DNA from: a virus
Lineage: Duplodnaviria; Caudoviricetes
Virus record (IMG/VR): IMGVR_UViG_3300042297_000348
Coordinates: 1 to 37,161 of that record
Reading direction: 5' to 3' (one strand)
Length of the DNA stretch: 37,161 nucleotides
The position numbers and the translations under genes were made by a program. This document shows, piece by piece, positions 16,308 through 27,004 of the stretch (the first letter of the stretch is position 1; every line of letters starts with the position of its first letter). A model generated the notes under the pieces. That model was not told where the DNA came from and ran no database searches. It saw only the letters and a program-made list of their open reading frames with translations.

Positions 16308-18857
16308 GTGGCTAACGACACCTTCAATTTTGTTCAGCAACCAATCACTCAAACTCCAGAAAGCACACTGGGAGCAACGGGAGCGACTGGGCCAGTAGGA
16401 GCTACTGGTGCGTCTGGACGAGCTGGCGACCCCGGCCCTGCTGGTGGACCTGCTGGCCCCACAGGTGCTACTGGACCACAAGGAAATTTGGGGGCTACTG
16501 GTCCTGTTGGAGCAACAGGTGCAGAAGGACCTCCCGGCCCTGCGGCTACAATTGGCGCTACTGGACCGCAAGGACCTACCGGACCCGAAGGTTCTACTGG
16601 ACCTACAGGGGCATCTGGCCTTAAGGGCGATGTTGGTTCTACTGGTCCCGCTGGGCCTACTGGCGCTGCAAGCACTGTTCCCGGCGCTACAGGAGCTACC
16701 GGAGCACAAGGTTTTCAAGGCATTACTGGACCAACCGGAGTAACTGGACCAACAGGCTCACAAGGCTCAACAGGACTTCAAGGAACTACTGGTCCTACAG
16801 GTATCCAAGGCCCAACGGGAACGGTTGGTTCAACTGGCGCAACTGGAACAACAGGGTCAACTGGCGCTACCGGAGTGGGAATATCAGGTCCCACTGGAGC
16901 AACGGGCATTCAGGGGATACAAGGAACCACAGGTCCAACTGGACTTCAAGGCATTCAGGGACCTACTGGCACTCAAGGCATACAAGGCGCTACAGGCATA
17001 CAGGGAAATCAAGGCATTACCGGAGCTACCGGACTGCAAGGATTGACTGGTCAAACAGGAGTTCAAGGCATTCAAGGTGCTACTGGCCTACAAGGCAACG
17101 TGGGTCAAACAGGTCCAGTAGGTCAAACTGGTCCGGTGGGCCAAACTGGCGTACAAGGCCCGCAAGGCGTTACTGGTTCTACAGGTTTGCAAGGTCCGAT
17201 TGGACAAACTGGCCCCACAGGTCCCGGATTCACCGTCAGCACAGCAGTTACCGCTGATCACTTAGTTTCGTTTGTTAATTCCTCAACGGTCAAAGATAGC
17301 GGGATTTTAGCAAGTGACGTTGTTGTCCAAGGCGGCAATGCGGGATTGTCGATTGTTGAAGCCACTCAGTTAAAACTTGTTCCTGAACTTAATTATCCAT
17401 CTGGAGGAAACATAACCGTCGATGTTTCCGTAGCTAGAGCACGCATACCCCTGACAATTAATGCTGTAATAGTAGCAACATCTAATAGGGCTAGTACAGC
17501 TTTTTCTGTGCTTGAATTGTACAACAGCACGGGCGGGAATTTAACTATTACTTGGTCACAACTTGGAACTTGGAAAACAAATGGCAGTTTGCCGACAGTT
17601 ATTGGACCAGCGCAAACTATGCAATTTTTGTTTCAGTCATGGGGTGCAAATGAATCTGATATTTCTGTTCAATACATAACCGGAAGCTCTTTCCCAAAAT
17701 TAAATGTCAGGGATTTTGGAGCTAGAGGTGATGGAACAAACGATGATTCAGCGGCATTTCAAAAAGCCATGGATGCCGCTATTTCTCTTTTTACGGGAGG
17801 ATGCGTTTATTTCCCTGCTGGCCGATACCGATTAAATAGTCTGGTTTACAACGATTCAATTGCGCTTCCAAAGAGTCTTACAATTATGGGAGACGGGCAA
17901 GGCGTCTCCGTTCTTTCAGGATATAGCAATTCTGGACTTTTAAGACTTGGATTCAATAAAACGGAAGGAAGTCAGTGCAGTTTATTACTAGCTGATTTTA
18001 GTGTTGCTGTTGAAACAACTGGAGCTGTTGCAGCAATTGGAATAGATTTAAGTTGGGGAGCAGCGTGTTCTAACACTTTTCAATCTTTGGAAATGAGGGG
18101 AATAACAATTAATCCACAAAGCGCATATTATGGAAGTGGTTATTACGCTTATCAAGTTAGAATAACTAATGCTTGGAATGCCAAACTTATTAATTGTACT
18201 TTTCGTGGTAAAAATGATGATACTACAGGAGCAAACGGTGTTCAATTAGCCACCTCAGGAAACGGTGGTGCTCCGTGTTATACCGCTGAATCCAATCCTA
18301 CCAGATTTATAGCATGTGATTTTTACAATTTCGATAAATGCATATACATATCTGGCAATTTGGAAGGTACAATTATTGATGATTGCACATTACTTGGTCA
18401 ATACGGTTTGTACGCATCTCCAAGCAGTACCCAAGAACATATTTGTATTTCTAACACCCATGGTGCTAATAGCCAAAGATCAATTTACATTAGAAAAATA
18501 AAACGTGTTTACATTCACGATTGTTTGTTCTTTGGTGATGCTGGTACCTCGTCATTTGTAGGAATTGATATTAGTGATGATAGTCATTTTAGTTTTATTC
18601 ACAATAATTGGTTACGCACAAATAATGGCAATGGTGTTGTTCTTCAAGATACGGCAGGACACCTTGTGACAAATAATACCTTTGTTGGTTGCGTTACAGG
18701 AATTTGGTTGCAAGATCATACGGCTCAATCCATAGCGTCTGGAAACAAAACATTTGCGACCGATAACACAGGCCCTAACGGTTATCCGTCTTCTCCGGGT
18801 GGCACAGTCGTTTACGATCAAGGAAGCGGAAATCAAGTATTCAACAATTACACCTGA
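16308..18857 (+). CDS. collagen-like fibre with pectate-lyase-3-type beta-helix (depolymerase/receptor-binding protein)
   Basis: GTG start, long G-X-Y tract (about 16370-17230), [34 protein letters not shown] from about 17700, then Asn/Cys ladder repeats. Confidence 0.88.
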   Translation: MANDTFNFVQQPITQTPESTLGATGATGPVGATGASGRAGDPGPAGGPAGPTGATGPQGNLGATGPVGATGAEGPPGPAATIGATGPQGPTGPEGSTGPTGASGLKGDVGSTGPAGPTGAASTVPGATGATGAQGFQGITGPTGVTGPTGSQGSTGLQGTTGPTGIQGPTGTVGSTGATGTTGSTGATGVGISGPTGATGIQGIQGTTGPTGLQGIQGPTGTQGIQGATGIQGNQGITGATGLQGLTGQTGVQGIQGATGLQGNVGQTGPVGQTGPVGQTGVQGPQGVTGSTGLQGPIGQTGPTGPGFTVSTAVTADHLVSFVNSSTVKDSGILASDVVVQGGNAGLSIVEATQLKLVPELNYPSGGNITVDVSVARARIPLTINAVIVATSNRASTAFSVLELYNSTGGNLTITWSQLGTWKTNGSLPTVIGPAQTMQFLFQSWGANESDISVQYITGSSFPKLNVRDFGARGDGTNDDSAAFQKAMDAAISLFTGGCVYFPAGRYRLNSLVYNDSIALPKSLTIMGDGQGVSVLSGYSNSGLLRLGFNKTEGSQCSLLLADFSVAVETTGAVAAIGIDLSWGAACSNTFQSLEMRGITINPQSAYYGSGYYAYQVRITNAWNAKLINCTFRGKNDDTTGANGVQLATSGNGGAPCYTAESNPTRFIACDFYNFDKCIYISGNLEGTIIDDCTLLGQYGLYASPSSTQEHICISNTHGANSQRSIYIRKIKRVYIHDCLFFGDAGTSSFVGIDISDDSHFSFIHNNWLRTNNGNGVVLQDTAGHLVTNNTFVGCVTGIWLQDHTAQSIASGNKTFATDNTGPNGYPSSPGGTVVYDQGSGNQVFNNYT

Positions 18858-18875
18858 TGTCTAATTTGGGTTTAA

Positions 18876-18904
18876 TTGCCCTAAATCCTTCAAACTGATA
18901 CCAT
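18876..18904 (+). promoter_or_regulatory. leaderless sigma70-type promoter
   Basis: TTGCCC-N17-TACCAT with TGA extended -10, then 6 nt to ATG 18911. Confidence 0.65.
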
Positions 18905-18910
18905 TTCGCC

Positions 18911-19621
18911 ATGTCCTGCTCTACCTGTAACCCTCCTGAACCTAGCTCATCTGGCACAACTGGATGCTGCTCCGATGTTAGCATGATTTGCCAGCCTCCG
19001 GTTCCGGTTACAACGGTTGTGGCTGGACCACAGGGTGCTACAGGTCCTTCTGGTCCTACTGGTCCACAAGGCAATCGCGGTTCTACGGGTGTTCAAGGCC
19101 CTACTGGCGTTACTGGTAGCCAAGGACCCCAAGGATTGCGCGGCATTACTGGTGCAACGGGTCCTACTGGTATTGCTGGCGATTCCAATCCTTTGGCCTA
19201 TTTTACTGGGGCTTACTGGAATCCTACTTATCCCTATGCTGATGCGCTGAATGCGCTGACCACCGAAAAGATTATCAATTTTGGTGCTGTGCCGTTCAAT
19301 AGCGGAACCTACCTGTTTCATTTCGAGATTCAAGTGGCTTGGAATGCTAATGGCGGCGATACTTCTGGCGACCTATTCATCACTCAGAACATTGGTGAGG
19401 GCGAAATTGGCCTTAAAGCCATTCCTTTTGCCAAGTTGACCCGCAATGTTGGCAATGTGGTTTATGGAACCGTTGAGAGCTACAGCATTTGGGCCACGCT
19501 GGATATTACTCAAGGTTTGAGCTTGTACCTCAAGGGAAACCAGCAATTGCTCATTGGAGCACAATGCGTTGTGTTTAACATGCCTTCCTACACCATCACA
19601 TCCCCCGGTTTCATTAACTAA
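18911..19621 (+). CDS. short collagen-like protein with Cys-rich N-terminus and C1q/BclA-CTD-like head
   Basis: MSCSTC..GCC..C N-terminus, about 17 G-X-Y triplets, and a [10 protein letters not shown] beta-strand motif. Confidence 0.8.
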   Translation: MSCSTCNPPEPSSSGTTGCCSDVSMICQPPVPVTTVVAGPQGATGPSGPTGPQGNRGSTGVQGPTGVTGSQGPQGLRGITGATGPTGIAGDSNPLAYFTGAYWNPTYPYADALNALTTEKIINFGAVPFNSGTYLFHFEIQVAWNANGGDTSGDLFITQNIGEGEIGLKAIPFAKLTRNVGNVVYGTVESYSIWATLDITQGLSLYLKGNQQLLIGAQCVVFNMPSYTITSPGFIN

Positions 19622-19629
19622 TTACTACC

Positions 19630-20016
19630 ATGACTGAATCACAACGCGAAAAAGAATTCCCCGTCCATATTGAACTTGGCAAGACCGCTGAGATTGGAGA
19701 ACTTGCTGTGGCTACTGAATCCGAATCTAAGGGCAAAAAAAAGAAATATTACCCATCTTTTTACATTAGTGATGTTGAAGGCTTGGAAGGCATTCCCGAA
19801 GAAGGCTGCGTGTTGATCGACTTTAAACGTCGCAGCATCAATGTTCGCACTGACCAAAACGGAAAAACAACCACTTCGGTTGAGCTAGAAGTCCGCACCA
19901 TTTGTATGCCCGATGATTACGAATCAGAAGGCGACATGGATGATGTTGTTGATAAGATGATCAAGAAGTCCAACTCCAAGAAATCCGAAGAGGATGACGA
20001 AGACGACAACGAATAA
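19630..20016 (+). CDS. hypothetical acidic protein
   Basis: 128-aa ORF closely packed in the operon. Confidence 0.75.
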   Translation: MTESQREKEFPVHIELGKTAEIGELAVATESESKGKKKKYYPSFYISDVEGLEGIPEEGCVLIDFKRRSINVRTDQNGKTTTSVELEVRTICMPDDYESEGDMDDVVDKMIKKSNSKKSEEDDEDDNE

Positions 20017-20018
20017 CC

Positions 20019-21020
20019 ATGCTAACCCACGGACAGGCCCTACTGGGCTACCCCACCCTTGGTGAAATCATTGCTTCATCGAAAAGCCGCGACGTTCTCG
20101 GCATTGATGACCGCAATGCTATCATCGACTACATCCAGCGTGCTATTGAGTTAGCTACGTGGAAGGCTAACTGGAACCCGTATTTGGGCACCATGGATGT
20201 GTGCTCGGACGGTTGTGGCGTGGTTACGCTGCCCAGTGAAGTGGGAGTTATCCTTGCGACCAATGTTGGCGGATTCCCTGCTCAATTTCGTAATTCGTGG
20301 TTTCAATATCACATCAATGGTCCCGGCACTGAACAAGGTGGTGGCGGCATTTACGGAATGGGTGCAGGGGGTGATTCAGGTTACGTTTGGGATGACCGTG
20401 GGCTTTCCGCTACCTTCCAAGACCTCAAGGAATGGTCTTATCTTGCGGCTATTGTTGAGAACCCTGCCGATGGACAAGGCAACCTGTCTATCACCGTTTA
20501 CGGGGACACGATGGACTCCAATTACAATGAGAAGTTTGTTAGCGTTCAAATCCCGCTGCTTAACGGCTATGCGGCTATTGATTCGGCTGCTACCCAATTC
20601 AAGCGGATTACCCGTGTCGATAAACCAGTTACACAGGGTTACGTTAAGCTGATTGGGTTCCCCGGCACCAATCAAGCCAATGGCCGCACAATCGGCTATT
20701 ACGCCCCATCCGAGACACAACCACAGTACCGTCGCATTCGCGTTAACGCCAACTGCAAGTGGGTTCGCATCAAGTATCGCCGTAGCGAGATTCGTTTCGT
20801 CAATGATACCGACATTATCCCGCTGCCCTCAAAAGCCGCTTTGATCTTCCTGCTCAAATCCATTCGCCTCTTTGAGACAAACAATCTTGATATTGCTCAA
20901 GCATACGAAGACAAAGCCATTAAGCTCCTTCTTGAACGCTTGCTCATTGAGGACGGTCCAGCTACCTTTAAGCTACAGATTGAACCCGGCTACGGCATGG
21001 GTGCGACTGACTACCGTTAA
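20019..21020 (+). CDS. putative head-tail adaptor / tail tubular protein A-like
   Basis: Helical N- and C-termini flank a beta core (VVTLPSE, IKYRR), directly before the nozzle-like gene. Synteny-based call. Confidence 0.55.
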   Translation: MLTHGQALLGYPTLGEIIASSKSRDVLGIDDRNAIIDYIQRAIELATWKANWNPYLGTMDVCSDGCGVVTLPSEVGVILATNVGGFPAQFRNSWFQYHINGPGTEQGGGGIYGMGAGGDSGYVWDDRGLSATFQDLKEWSYLAAIVENPADGQGNLSITVYGDTMDSNYNEKFVSVQIPLLNGYAAIDSAATQFKRITRVDKPVTQGYVKLIGFPGTNQANGRTIGYYAPSETQPQYRRIRVNANCKWVRIKYRRSEIRFVNDTDIIPLPSKAALIFLLKSIRLFETNNLDIAQAYEDKAIKLLLERLLIEDGPATFKLQIEPGYGMGATDYR

Positions 21021-21033
21021 TCCTTAATGAACC

Positions 21034-23070
21034 ATGGCGCATACAGTTCCACAAACTAGAACCTACAAGGATGTCATTGGCTTCACCGATGGGGTGAATA
21101 GCTACGTTGACCCTCAGTTTGTGGGCGATACTCAAGTGCGCTGGGCTGAAAATTCGGTCAACAAGGGTGGCATTTGGCAGACCCGTCCGGGGTTTGATAG
21201 CGTGCTATCCTTGATGTACAATTCGTCTAGCGGCGATTTCTACAACTGGTGGTTCAATAATGGTACACCTGACGTTTACCCGCAGTTCTTTACGTTCTTT
21301 CAGCCTACCAACGGCAATCCTCAATTGCTGTTTGGCGTGTCTGGAGCCGTTTTTTACTGCAATATCAATCCTGACGGCACGGTTAATAACCCAGTTTTGA
21401 TCACTCAAATCCAATTTAGCCGCCAAGCAGATCAAATTTGCGCGGTTAACACGGTTCGCACCTCTACCCTACAGAATGGTCGAGTGTGGGTTACAGCTCC
21501 ACAGAACATCTTGATCATGCAGGACGGTGTTAGCCGTGCTTGTTACTGGGATGGCGTAGCTGCTGGTAGCCTCAATCCGGTCAAGAAATGGAAGACGGAT
21601 GACCAAGGTAACACAATCTACGTGGATGGCTACAATCAGACCCGTTTGGGCCTGTGGATGGCTTGGAGCGGCAATCGCCTTTGGGTGGCCAACGGCACTC
21701 AAGTATTCGCTTCTGACCTTGGCGACCCGCTAACCTTTACCGATGAGACGGTCTTGATTAACATCCCGTCGTTTAACTTCCCAACTACGGTTACTGGCCT
21801 TATTGACCGTGGAGCATCAGGTGTTCAACAAAACATGCTGTTTGTTGGAACCGATACGGGCATATTTACCATCCAATCAGGCATCCAGCAACGCAGCGAA
21901 TGGATTACTGTAGCCGATTTCCAACGTAAAGTGTTCGCTGGCGTAGGATGCGTTAGCCATAAGTCCATGATTAACCACATGGGCTTGCTGCATTGGTACT
22001 CGGACAACGGTATCGTTGCCTTTGACAGCTTCGGAACGGTTGTTTCAACCCAAGCCCTGCCTCCCATTGACAGCGAAATGGCCTACTCCAAACAGCAAAT
22101 GAGCGGGAATCGCTCTGCTATTTGCGCTGGTAGCTTTGATTCTTACGTCTGGTGGTCAGTTCCTGTGGCTATTAAGCCTTCTAATCCTGAGTATAAGGCT
22201 ACCTACCGTGGACGCATCTACAATGGTCATACGCAGGTTCTTGACCGCATCGTGATGCCCGTAGGATTTAACGTGTCTGCTGGCAGTTCCTTTAGTAGCA
22301 GCGCATGGCAAGGCGTATGGACGGGTCTAAGGCCCGTAGAATGGGCTACAGCGGTCATTAACGGGCAAAAGAAGGTGTACTGCATGTCAGTTGACTACGA
22401 TGGCGTTATTCGCGTCTGGAAGGCGTTTAATGGCAATCGTGCGGACAACAATGAACCCGTGTCGTGGACCATTGAAACCAAATCCCATTCCGTTACGGAC
22501 GGTCCATTCTCCAAAGCCATATTCCGCACCTTCCGCTTATTGATGACTCAAATCTACGGTGGCGTTACCATCGAAGGCTTCTGGAAGGGATTGCGCGGCA
22601 AATACCATCAATTGCTTGATACTTCCGTCATGGCAACTCCGGGTTCAGTTCTTTTGGACAACCCTGACTACACGCCAATTGTGAATGCCACGAATCACGA
22701 AAGTTTTGCCAAGCAAACCCGTGATATTCGCGCTAAGGACAATCGCGCACAGGAAACCTGCACTTCTGCCAACGTAGAAGACAAAGATCAGGATGACATT
22801 GATCGCGCTTTCAGCCTTTTGCTCTATTTCACGGGTGTCGGTGCGCTCAAGGCTTATCGTTTAACCGTCGATTACAACCCCGATAACACGGAAGGCGAGG
22901 TTCTTGACCCTGAGACTGGTCAACACATCCTCCCTGAGGCCAGTTGCCCTGAATACGTGCCTAACGGCTCGCAAAACTACTCCTTTGTTGAGCGCAGCTC
23001 GGCAGAAGCACTTTCCCCGATTTCGAGTAATTACATTGAAACGGGTTACACCCCTACTTATCCTAGCTAA
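21034..23070 (+). CDS. putative tail nozzle / DNA-stabilisation protein (T7 gp12 / P22 gp10 class)
   Basis: 678 aa, beta-propeller-like. GF.DGVN and RPGF at the N-terminus, NRLWVA..QVFASDLGDP, and GVGCVSHKSM motifs. Confidence 0.65.
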   Translation: MAHTVPQTRTYKDVIGFTDGVNSYVDPQFVGDTQVRWAENSVNKGGIWQTRPGFDSVLSLMYNSSSGDFYNWWFNNGTPDVYPQFFTFFQPTNGNPQLLFGVSGAVFYCNINPDGTVNNPVLITQIQFSRQADQICAVNTVRTSTLQNGRVWVTAPQNILIMQDGVSRACYWDGVAAGSLNPVKKWKTDDQGNTIYVDGYNQTRLGLWMAWSGNRLWVANGTQVFASDLGDPLTFTDETVLINIPSFNFPTTVTGLIDRGASGVQQNMLFVGTDTGIFTIQSGIQQRSEWITVADFQRKVFAGVGCVSHKSMINHMGLLHWYSDNGIVAFDSFGTVVSTQALPPIDSEMAYSKQQMSGNRSAICAGSFDSYVWWSVPVAIKPSNPEYKATYRGRIYNGHTQVLDRIVMPVGFNVSAGSSFSSSAWQGVWTGLRPVEWATAVINGQKKVYCMSVDYDGVIRVWKAFNGNRADNNEPVSWTIETKSHSVTDGPFSKAIFRTFRLLMTQIYGGVTIEGFWKGLRGKYHQLLDTSVMATPGSVLLDNPDYTPIVNATNHESFAKQTRDIRAKDNRAQETCTSANVEDKDQDDIDRAFSLLLYFTGVGALKAYRLTVDYNPDNTEGEVLDPETGQHILPEASCPEYVPNGSQNYSFVERSSAEALSPISSNYIETGYTPTYPS

Positions 23071-23073
23071 CAA

Positions 23074-23102
23074 TTGCCCCTAATCCCTCAGAGTGATAAA
23101 TT
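23074..23102 (+). promoter_or_regulatory. leaderless sigma70-type promoter
   Basis: TTGCCC-N17-TAAATT with TGA extended -10, then 6 nt to ATG 23109. Confidence 0.65.
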
Positions 23103-23108
23103 AACGCC

Positions 23109-23813
23109 ATGGCGACTTCCATTCCTATTACCCTCATTGCCAATCCTGTACCTGTGGGTATTCAGGCAGTTAACATTGATGAGCTGTTGAGCATCATCAG
23201 TGAGTTCATTACTGGCAGCATTTCCCAAGACGTTAGCTTTTTCATTAGCGGCGCTACTCCACCCACAAGTAACCAAGGGTTGTTCTACAACACCACCACC
23301 AAGCGTTTCATGGCTTGGAATCAGGATTTGGGTGCCTACACCCCTATCAGCGAGCTTCAAGTGGGCGATATGAAGGTGGCTTTGCGCCAATCCGACGATT
23401 TGACCAATGGATGGGTGCTCTTGGATGGCCGCATTATTAACAGCATCACCAGCCTCACGGAACAGCAAAAATCCAATCTATTGACATTGTTTGCGACAGG
23501 AACGCTGCCTAATTACACATTTCTCAGCGGATTGGCTGGATTGCCAGCGGATAACTCATTCACAAACATTTCCAACCCCGCTGTTAACCCTGTGGCTGGC
23601 ACAATCGGCAATCTCAGCATTGGTGGTTCGTACAGTCAGACCGAGATTCAGGCTTTGCGTAATAACACTGAATTCCTTTCCGCTTCTACGTCGTCGCTGC
23701 AAACCACGGTTGGCCTTATCAAGTCCACCTCGGAAACGATGCTCAAGTCGCTTAATGCTACCACCACGGAGTTTAGCCCGAAATGGTTTGTGTTTGCTGG
23801 CTACCCTGTTTAA
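23109..23813 (+). CDS. tail-associated protein with tail-collar-like motif
   Basis: VGDMKV.......GWVLLDGR resembles the phage tail collar domain. Ser/Thr-rich. Confidence 0.55.
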   Translation: MATSIPITLIANPVPVGIQAVNIDELLSIISEFITGSISQDVSFFISGATPPTSNQGLFYNTTTKRFMAWNQDLGAYTPISELQVGDMKVALRQSDDLTNGWVLLDGRIINSITSLTEQQKSNLLTLFATGTLPNYTFLSGLAGLPADNSFTNISNPAVNPVAGTIGNLSIGGSYSQTEIQALRNNTEFLSASTSSLQTTVGLIKSTSETMLKSLNATTTEFSPKWFVFAGYPV

Positions 23814-23822
23814 TCAATTTAC

Positions 23823-24293
23823 ATGACTCAAGAAAGCCAAACGTCAGTTGAAATCAAATTTGTTGAAGCCGACAAACTTGATTCAATTACGCCTCTTGCC
23901 AAACAGTTCTGGCAGGAAGGAAAGATTGTTGGCAATTATGACGAGTCTTCGTTCATTGCGAGCTGGACGGATATAATCAAACGAGACGTTGGCCGCATTA
24001 TTGGTGCTTATCGCAACGATAAGTTAATCGGTATGCTTGGGTTTGTTGTAAGCAAGGACCCAAATGACGGTGTTTTGGTATCACAGGAAATGTTTTGGTT
24101 TGTTGACCCTCAATACCGCAAAGGAGAAGGAATCTTGCTTCTTAACGCTTACGAGAAAATCGCAACAGACGTAGGCGTTAAACGCATTGGCATGGTACAC
24201 TTAGAAAGCATCCATAGCGATAAATTGGGAAAACTTTACACAAAACGAGGGTACAAAATCACCGAAACACATTACATGAAGGAGATTAAATAA
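23823..24293 (+). CDS. GNAT-fold acetyltransferase-like protein
   Basis: EMFWFVDPQYRKGEGILLL acetyl-CoA motif and LYTKRGY. Sits before the ejection genes, as in many podoviruses. Confidence 0.85.
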   Translation: MTQESQTSVEIKFVEADKLDSITPLAKQFWQEGKIVGNYDESSFIASWTDIIKRDVGRIIGAYRNDKLIGMLGFVVSKDPNDGVLVSQEMFWFVDPQYRKGEGILLLNAYEKIATDVGVKRIGMVHLESIHSDKLGKLYTKRGYKITETHYMKEIK

Positions 24294-24294
24294 C

Positions 24295-25053
24295 ATGGCT
24301 ATTTCAACAACTGCTGCACTGATTATGGGAGCTTCGGCGCTTGGTGCTTCCGCAATCTCCTCTAGCGCCCAAAGGAAGGCTTCTGATCTCGTTAATCAAC
24401 AACAGTACAAGCCTATTGACTTGGAAGCCTTGCAACGTCAGGCCCAAGGTTACGCCCAGCAAAACCTTGAGAAGTCGATTGCTCTTGAACAGCAATACAT
24501 GCCCGATGTTTCTGCTGCTCGTTTTGGCCTACAAAAACAAGTAGCTCAAGACCTTGAGCGCGGCGGCAATCTTCCTACCGATGTGGCTAATCAGGTCACT
24601 CGCGCTACCATGGCGCGTGCTGGTGCTGGTGGATTTGGAGCTGGGCCATTGACCGCTGCTCAATTGGGATTGTCTGCAATGGACCTTCGTAATCAGGCTC
24701 AACAAAAAGCACTGTCGCTTACGTCTAACGCTACGGCTGGTCTTCCTACATCCGGTCTTGACCCCGGTTCCTTGGCTTCTGCTGCTATTGGCCAGAACCA
24801 AGCGCAAAACCAATTTGACCTTAGCAAGGCTGGTGCTCAAGCCAATCTCATTCAATCCAAAGCTAATACTCAAGCCCAACTCTTGGGAAATCTTGGCAGT
24901 CTTGCGGGAATGGCTAATTTTGGAGGTTCAACTCCGGGAGCTGCTAACACGCTTCCAATGGGCGGAAACACTAATCCATCGTTTAATCTTCCGACGTATA
25001 GCGGAACTACTTTTAGTTCGACAATCAAACCCTATACCGGACCGTATCGTTAA
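24295..25053 (+). CDS. putative internal virion/ejection protein
   Basis: Hydrophobic Ala/Gly N-terminus, Gln/Ala-rich helices, and position after the GNAT gene. Confidence 0.65.
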   Translation: MAISTTAALIMGASALGASAISSSAQRKASDLVNQQQYKPIDLEALQRQAQGYAQQNLEKSIALEQQYMPDVSAARFGLQKQVAQDLERGGNLPTDVANQVTRATMARAGAGGFGAGPLTAAQLGLSAMDLRNQAQQKALSLTSNATAGLPTSGLDPGSLASAAIGQNQAQNQFDLSKAGAQANLIQSKANTQAQLLGNLGSLAGMANFGGSTPGAANTLPMGGNTNPSFNLPTYSGTTFSSTIKPYTGPYR

Positions 25054-25064
25054 TAATAATCGTC

Positions 25065-26996
25065 ATGGCTAATCCTACATCAGGCTTTCAACTTAGCGCA
25101 CTGCCGCAGCCCTTGAGTATGCCGAGCAACCTCGGCAAATTTGACGTTGGCGAAACCCAACAGGCTTACTCTAATGCGCTCAAGAACGCGCAACAGACAG
25201 CTTTGCTTGCGCCACAGACTCAAGCTGCCATTGCTCAAGCTGGTTATCAAAAGGGATTGGCTGAACAGCAAAGTCGTTTGCTTGACCCCGAAGAACAAGC
25301 AGCAGTGCAAGAATTGCGTAACAAACGAGCGGAAGCGGCATTAAAAGCCCGTGGAACGTCTGCTTTGACCGCATTAGCACCCAGTGCTGTCGGCAGTCCT
25401 GAACAGATTGCTATTAATCAAGCTGCGGGTCAAGGAGCTGTTGCCAAAGCTATTTCCAAAGAAGGATATGATGTTATTAATGTTGGAGGCATTAATTACA
25501 TCAGAACCGCTGGTGGATTAACCGCCCTTCCTTCTAGTGCGCTTAATCGTGGTTCAGGCAATACTGAATTTGAGTTTATTGGAGCAATCACGGATGACCC
25601 AGTAACTGGTCAACCACGGCATAGAATTCGTCCATATACGCTAAATGCGGCGGGACAAAAAATATTTGGTACGGTAACGGATGTTATTGCTGGTAGTGTT
25701 CCATATTCCACGACTCCCGCCCAAACTGCGGTTTCTGTACCTGCTCCTACGCCACAATCTGTTGCTGCACCAAGTTTGCCGCAAGCATTGGGTAGCTTTA
25801 AAGCTCCTGTAATTGAAACAATTCCTCAAGGCGGTCTTCTTAATCAAGTTAAAACCGAAACTGGTTTACCGTTAGCCGCTACTGCTCCTACTCCGCAAAT
25901 TCCAGCAACTCCCGTAGCTGCTGCATCTATTCCTGCTGGCCCTGCAATTGAACCTTTGGTCAAACCAATTGAAGAAATTCCGTTTACAACTGGTGGATTT
26001 GGTTATCAAAATAAAAACAACCAGTTTGTTTGGGCACCCGGCAAAGATGCTAACGATTCCATTAAAAACGCTATTCGGGAAGGAGTTCCTGCGGTTACAG
26101 GTAATCCTAATGTTAACATGACATCCAGTGAAACGGTGTCAAACAACCTTGCAATGCGTGCTGCTGCGCGAAAAGAAATGGACGGAAATGCAGCACTTAT
26201 TTCTGATCTTCAACGCAGCCGCGATATTATTGGCCGAGAATTAAACATTGGTGAAAAAGTAACAACATTTTCTAAAATCCCTCTTATTGGTGGAATTGTT
26301 AACGATGTTCGCAAATTATTTCAACCAGACTTAATTGCTCTTGATAAACTTGCTACTCAAGCTGGTCTTGGACAAGCTAAGGGCCTTGTCGGAAGTCGAG
26401 TCGCTGTTCAAGAAATGCAAAGCATCATTGGGGCCCTTGGCGATGCAAATACTCCCGCACCAGTTCGTAAAGAGCTGGCCATGGGGTATCTTATCGGCAA
26501 TCAGAACCAACAAGATTATCTGAGGGCTAAATCAAATTATTACAAAGTTTACAAAATAACAGACGGATTTGATGCAAAATGGGATGATTACACCAATGAC
26601 AATCCAATTGGTAAAGGCACGCCCGGAGTTGATTATTCTGTTAATGAAAACCGTATTCCTTGGGATTTGTACAACACTTTGAAAAATAAGGGATATGTTA
26701 ATCCAAATAAAACCGTTATTGATAACATTGATCTTCTTGATAAAAAAACAGGAGATTTTGATTACGATAAATTAGATAACACAGGTAATGCTCCTTGGAC
26801 TTCTGCTGGTCCATCAAAAAAAGCTGCAATTGTTAATCCCGCTAATCCCATTTCTAATCCTAGTGCAGTTCCTGCTGCTCAAAAACCTGTAGGCCCAATT
26901 TTGGTTAAATCTCAAGCCGAAGTTGACGCATTACCAGATGGCACAGTAATTATTGATGAGGACGGAAATCAATCAACGGTCAAACGCAAAAAATAA
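25065..26996 (+). CDS. putative internal virion/ejection protein
   Basis: Ala/Gln helical N-terminus, Pro-rich linkers, and a C-terminal SQAEVDALPDGT..IDEDG motif. Confidence 0.6.
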   Translation: MANPTSGFQLSALPQPLSMPSNLGKFDVGETQQAYSNALKNAQQTALLAPQTQAAIAQAGYQKGLAEQQSRLLDPEEQAAVQELRNKRAEAALKARGTSALTALAPSAVGSPEQIAINQAAGQGAVAKAISKEGYDVINVGGINYIRTAGGLTALPSSALNRGSGNTEFEFIGAITDDPVTGQPRHRIRPYTLNAAGQKIFGTVTDVIAGSVPYSTTPAQTAVSVPAPTPQSVAAPSLPQALGSFKAPVIETIPQGGLLNQVKTETGLPLAATAPTPQIPATPVAAASIPAGPAIEPLVKPIEEIPFTTGGFGYQNKNNQFVWAPGKDANDSIKNAIREGVPAVTGNPNVNMTSSETVSNNLAMRAAARKEMDGNAALISDLQRSRDIIGRELNIGEKVTTFSKIPLIGGIVNDVRKLFQPDLIALDKLATQAGLGQAKGLVGSRVAVQEMQSIIGALGDANTPAPVRKELAMGYLIGNQNQQDYLRAKSNYYKVYKITDGFDAKWDDYTNDNPIGKGTPGVDYSVNENRIPWDLYNTLKNKGYVNPNKTVIDNIDLLDKKTGDFDYDKLDNTGNAPWTSAGPSKKAAIVNPANPISNPSAVPAAQKPVGPILVKSQAEVDALPDGTVIIDEDGNQSTVKRKK

Positions 26997-27004
26997 TACC
27001 GAAA

